The notes under the pieces: generated by a model
The model's database searches: none
What the model was told of the DNA's origin: nothing
What the model saw: only the letters and a program-made list of their open reading frames with translations
Program-made: the position numbers and the translations under genes
Assembly: GCA_963806225.1 (NCBI GenBank)
Contig: CAWDXG010000004.1
Coordinates: forward strand, 2,944,001-3,008,000
DNA length: 64,000 nt
DNA from: an uncultured delta proteobacterium
GTDB lineage: Bacteria; Myxococcota_A; Polyangia; Polyangiales; Polyangiaceae
Direction of reading: 5' to 3'
Part shown: positions 60,425-64,000 of the stretch, piece after piece
How the letters are laid out: every line of letters starts with the position of its first letter
Numbering within the stretch: the stretch's first letter is position 1

Positions 60425-61408
60425 ATGATCCGAAGGGTTACTGCCGCGATGTTTGTCGCGGTCTTCGTCGTCCTGGGCACTGCAACCGCAGCCCAGGCCA
60501 AGACGACTCTCAAGATGGCGACGTTGGCACCACCCCGCAGCCCGTGGGGCAACGTCTTCAGGACCTGGGCCAAGGCGGTCGACAAGAAGACCAAAGGCGA
60601 GGTCGACGTGGTGTGGCTGTGGAACGGCACCGCCGGCCCCGAAAAGGCCGTCGTCGGCAAGATCCGCTCCGGCCAGATCGGCGGCGCGGCCATCACCGGC
60701 GTGGGCCTGTCGGCGATCGACAAGGGCATCATCGGCCTGCAGATGCCCGGCGCGTTCGATAGCTGGTCGCAGCTGGACAAGGCACGCAACAAGCTGAAGC
60801 CTGCCTTCGAGAAGGAGATCGCAGCCAAGGGCTTCTATCTCGGTGGCTTCGGCGACGTGGGCATCGGTCGCGTGATGTCGAAGGGCTTCACCGTGAAGGT
60901 GCCGACGGATCTCCGCGGCAAGCATCCCGGCGACATCGCCGACGACATCATCGGTCCCAAGGTCTACGCGGTCATCGGCGGCGTGACACCGGTCCCCTCC
61001 AGCGTGGTCGGCTTCCTGCCGAAGCTGAACAGCGGCGCGATCGACGTGATGAACACGCCGTCGCTCGCCGCCGAGCAGCTGCAGTGGGCCTCGCGGCTGG
61101 ACCACATCAACACCGGCACGACCTACTTCAGCATCGGCGCGGTGGTGCTGAGCGAGAAGCAGCTCAGCAAGATGCCCGCGGATCAGCGCAAGGTCGTGAC
61201 CGAGACCGGCCACCTGGCGGCCAAGGCGCTGACGGCTCGTATCCGCAGCGCGGACGACGCGGCTTTCGCCCGGCTCAAGAAGAAGATGTCCGTCCACAAT
61301 CCCACGGCGGCCGAGACCGCTGCGTGGAAGAAGGTGTTCAAGAAGGCCTGCCAGCGCCTGAAGAGCGCCATCCCGGGCGGCGTGCTCACCAAGATCGGAG
61401 CCTGCTGA
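60425..61408 (+). CDS. dctP: TRAP transporter substrate-binding protein
   Basis: LKMATLAPPRSPW, KTKGEV, KIRSGQI, DLRG, LNSGAID. Confidence 0.9.
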   Translation: MIRRVTAAMFVAVFVVLGTATAAQAKTTLKMATLAPPRSPWGNVFRTWAKAVDKKTKGEVDVVWLWNGTAGPEKAVVGKIRSGQIGGAAITGVGLSAIDKGIIGLQMPGAFDSWSQLDKARNKLKPAFEKEIAAKGFYLGGFGDVGIGRVMSKGFTVKVPTDLRGKHPGDIADDIIGPKVYAVIGGVTPVPSSVVGFLPKLNSGAIDVMNTPSLAAEQLQWASRLDHINTGTTYFSIGAVVLSEKQLSKMPADQRKVVTETGHLAAKALTARIRSADDAAFARLKKKMSVHNPTAAETAAWKKVFKKACQRLKSAIPGGVLTKIGAC

Positions 61409-61444
61409 GAGGGCTCGCGGGGCCACCAGCCCCGCACGACAAGG

Positions 61445-61487
61445 CGTGACGGGCCGGTCCTTCATGGGGCCGGCCCGACGCTTTTTG
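61445..61487 (+). terminator. Hairpin with U-tract after dctP
   Basis: gggccggtcc-ttcat-ggggccggccc followed by gacgcttttt. Confidence 0.55.
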
Positions 61488-61551
61488 TGCTCCGGGCAAA
61501 AGAGGCGCGTGACGGACACCCCCGATCCAGAATAACGTCCCCCTTTCGAGA

Positions 61552-62919
61552 ATGGCCGACGAGCACAAGCCCGACGACCCCGAGGAGGACGGGACCGGAA
61601 GCCCGGACGCGGATCAATCCTCGAAGGACCCCGAATCTGGGCAAGGGGGACCCGGCGACGCGGACAAGCCCGACGAGTCCGACGCCGACAAGCCCGACGA
61701 GTCCGCGGACGAGTCCGACGAAGGCGAGTCGCCTGCAGCGGCGAACGCCGCCGACGAGCCTGCGGACGAGGAGCCGGAGCACGAGCACGGCGATCTCGGC
61801 GAGCCTCCCGGTTCGCATCACGCTCCGCCGCGCAAGGCCGCAGCGTGGGGCAGGCCGCTAGCGCGGCTGGACGGAGCGTGGACGCGCTTCGAGGCGCGGC
61901 TGTGCGCCCTGGTGCTGCTGGCGGAGGTGATCTCGCTATCGCTGTGGGTCGCGCTCAAGGGCATGGCGTCGCCGCCCGACAGCGGCAACCTGGCCGGCGT
62001 CGTGTTCCGGGGCCTGGCCGGCGCGCTCATACTCGGAAGCCTCGGCTACCTGCTCCCGAAGAAGCTCGGGATGACCGCGCGGCGCGTCGGTGCGTCGGTG
62101 GGCTTCATCGCCGGATTCGTTCTGGCCAAGACCTGGTCGCGGGTCGGGGTCGACTACTCCGCGAACCTCCTCAACTGGTACCAGCAGGCCTCGGCGCTGA
62201 CGCTGCTCGGCGGCCTCGGCCTGCGCGACCTGGGCAAGCGTCTGACCCTGCTGCTCGCACTGCTCGGCGGCTCGCTCGCCACCGCGGCCGGCAAGCACAT
62301 CACCATCGACCTCATCACGCGCTTCCTCAAGCCGAAGGCGCGGCTGCCCGTGGTCGTGGTCGGCTGGGTCGGCTCGTCGCTCATCTGCTTCTCGGCGGCG
62401 TGGGGCTTCTTCGATCACATCGCGATCGGGGACTTCAGCGCGCCCGCCGAAGCGACCGCCAGCCAGAAGTTCGCCGACGTGGGCAAGGGCCTCGGCGAGG
62501 ACTGGTTCATCCTGCGCAAGCAGGTCGACCTGGACTTCAAGACCTTCCCGCACGTCATCAAGGGGCAGAGCTACTCGGACTGGCTGACCGGCAAGGAGTG
62601 GAACGCCTGGCTGGACAGCCACGGCTTCGCCGAGCGGTACGGCGCGGACAAGGTCAAGGACCTCAGACTGCCGGACGACGCCAAGCGCTCACCCATCGTG
62701 GTCGTGCCCGAGATGGGCGAACCACGCGGCGAGCTGGTCGCCGCGGCCAACCTGGTCTTCCCGTTCGGGCTGTTCGTGATCGCCATACGCTTCATCCTGC
62801 TCTCGCTTTTGGCGATCAGCGGGCACATGGTCGTCGACCCTGAAGCGGGGATGGAAGGCACGGACATCAGACGGGACCCACCCGATGACGCTGAACCTGC
62901 CGGGGGGGAAGCGTCGTGA
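61552..62919 (+). CDS. dctQ: TRAP small permease, enlarged
   Basis: LLGGSLATAAGKHITIDLI and FPFGLFVIAIRF; acidic N-terminus, extra TMs and a large loop. Confidence 0.82.
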   Translation: MADEHKPDDPEEDGTGSPDADQSSKDPESGQGGPGDADKPDESDADKPDESADESDEGESPAAANAADEPADEEPEHEHGDLGEPPGSHHAPPRKAAAWGRPLARLDGAWTRFEARLCALVLLAEVISLSLWVALKGMASPPDSGNLAGVVFRGLAGALILGSLGYLLPKKLGMTARRVGASVGFIAGFVLAKTWSRVGVDYSANLLNWYQQASALTLLGGLGLRDLGKRLTLLLALLGGSLATAAGKHITIDLITRFLKPKARLPVVVVGWVGSSLICFSAAWGFFDHIAIGDFSAPAEATASQKFADVGKGLGEDWFILRKQVDLDFKTFPHVIKGQSYSDWLTGKEWNAWLDSHGFAERYGADKVKDLRLPDDAKRSPIVVVPEMGEPRGELVAAANLVFPFGLFVIAIRFILLSLLAISGHMVVDPEAGMEGTDIRRDPPDDAEPAGGEAS

Positions 62920-64000
62920 TCATCTTCCTCTTCGTCATCATCTTCGCTCTGATCGGCGCGCCCGTGTTCGCCGTCATGGCGGGCACAACCCAGCTCGCCT
63001 GGCTCCTGCACACGAACGAGGCGATGCACCATGTGCGTTTCCTCGCGCCCGACGTGCTCAACGACCGCTTCGCGGGGTCGCCCATCCTGGTGACGGTGCC
63101 GCTGTTCACGTTCATGGGCTACGTGATGGCGGAGTCGAAGACGCCAGAGCGCATCGTCCGCGCTTCGAACGCGTTCTTCGGCTGGTTGCCGGGCGGCCTG
63201 GCAATCGTCTGCATCTTTGCCAGCGCCTTCTTCACCACGCTCACCGGCGGCAGCGCTGTCACCATCGTGGCAATCGGCGCGCTCTTGTATCCGGCGCTCC
63301 GGCAGAAGGGCTACCCCGACGACTATGCCCTGGGTCTGGTGATGACCGGCGGCTCTCTGGGGCTCCTGCTACCGCCCTCGCTGCCGATCCTCGTCTACTC
63401 GCTGGTCGCGGGCATCGACTTCACCAAGGCCTTCAAGGCCGGCGTACTGCCGGGCCTGATGGTGATCGCGATCCTCAGCGCGCACGCCATCTACATCGGC
63501 ATCAAGACGAAGATCCCGCGCACGACGCCGCATCTGCCGGAGATGGGCTCAGCGCTGTGGATGATGAAGTGGGAGCTCGGGATCCCGGTGCTGATCCTGG
63601 GCGGCCTCGCCACCGGCCTCACCGAGCTGGACGAGAGCGCCGCGCTCGCCGCGCTCTACGTGCTGATCATCGAGACCTTCATCTACAAGGACATCAAGGT
63701 GAAGGAGTTCCCGCGCATCGCGAAGAACTCCATGGCCCTGGCCGGTGCCGTGCTCCTGATCATGGCGATGGCCATGGCGCTGACGAACTACATCATCAGC
63801 GAGCAGATCCCCACCAAGCTGTTCGAGTTCGTCACCAGCATGGGCGTGACGAAGACGTGGCACTTCCTCCTCGTCTTGAACGTGTTCCTGTACATCCAGG
63901 GCATGGTGATGGACGGCTTCAGCGCCATCCTGGTCGCCGTACCGCTGCTGATCCCGTTCGCGGCAGAGTTCGGGCTCTCGCCGTTCCACCTGGCGATGAT
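62916..64000 (+). CDS. dctM: TRAP large permease (runs off window end)
   Basis: GTGA overlap; VPLFTFMGYVM, GWLPGGLAI, GSLGLLLPPSLP, GMVMDGFSAI, GLSPFHL. Confidence 0.92.
   Translation, partial: MIIFLFVIIFALIGAPVFAVMAGTTQLAWLLHTNEAMHHVRFLAPDVLNDRFAGSPILVTVPLFTFMGYVMAESKTPERIVRASNAFFGWLPGGLAIVCIFASAFFTTLTGGSAVTIVAIGALLYPALRQKGYPDDYALGLVMTGGSLGLLLPPSLPILVYSLVAGIDFTKAFKAGVLPGLMVIAILSAHAIYIGIKTKIPRTTPHLPEMGSALWMMKWELGIPVLILGGLATGLTELDESAALAALYVLIIETFIYKDIKVKEFPRIAKNSMALAGAVLLIMAMAMALTNYIISEQIPTKLFEFVTSMGVTKTWHFLLVLNVFLYIQGMVMDGFSAILVAVPLLIPFAAEFGLSPFHLAM

Overview
GC-rich (about 70% by eye) chromosomal window from a myxobacterium, most likely Myxococcota/Polyangiales, judged from MYXO-CTERM sorting tails, Cys-rich repeat lipoproteins and an ECF-FecR-TPR cassette. 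Many genes, including normally essential ones (pyrG, coxA, coxB, actA, dacB, a sigma-70 factor), are broken by single-base indels. This points to an unpolished long-read assembly, so most frameshifts are treated as sequencing errors; 11.8-15.5 kb and 53.4-55 kb are especially noisy. The left third (1-20.5 kb) is accessory. It holds recA and nuclease remnants, a DDE insertion sequence, several Cys-rich surface proteins, an ECF sigma/FecR operon and an internally deleted IS91-like element. It also holds a four-gene cassette: cytochrome-like lipoprotein, YceI, a Cyc2-like monoheme cytochrome-porin fusion, and a MYXO-CTERM-anchored monoheme cytochrome. This cassette is the best candidate for an undescribed envelope redox system. 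The rest is mostly core: a sugar ABC transporter with a binding protein-permease fusion, a ferritin-like protein, carB, rpmI-rplT-pheS, an ABC exporter and a sigma-70 factor. Next comes an alternative complex III + A2-type caa3 oxidase operon with unusual additions (ActG-cytochrome c fusion, no SCO gene, large inserts in subunits III and IV). The window ends with dacB, a peptide-binding protein, a BNR lipoprotein, pyrG, a MenAT1-like toxin-antitoxin pair, a DAG-kinase-family gene and a TPAT (TatT-containing TRAP) transporter that runs off the end. All family calls are motif-based, by eye; no database searches were run.
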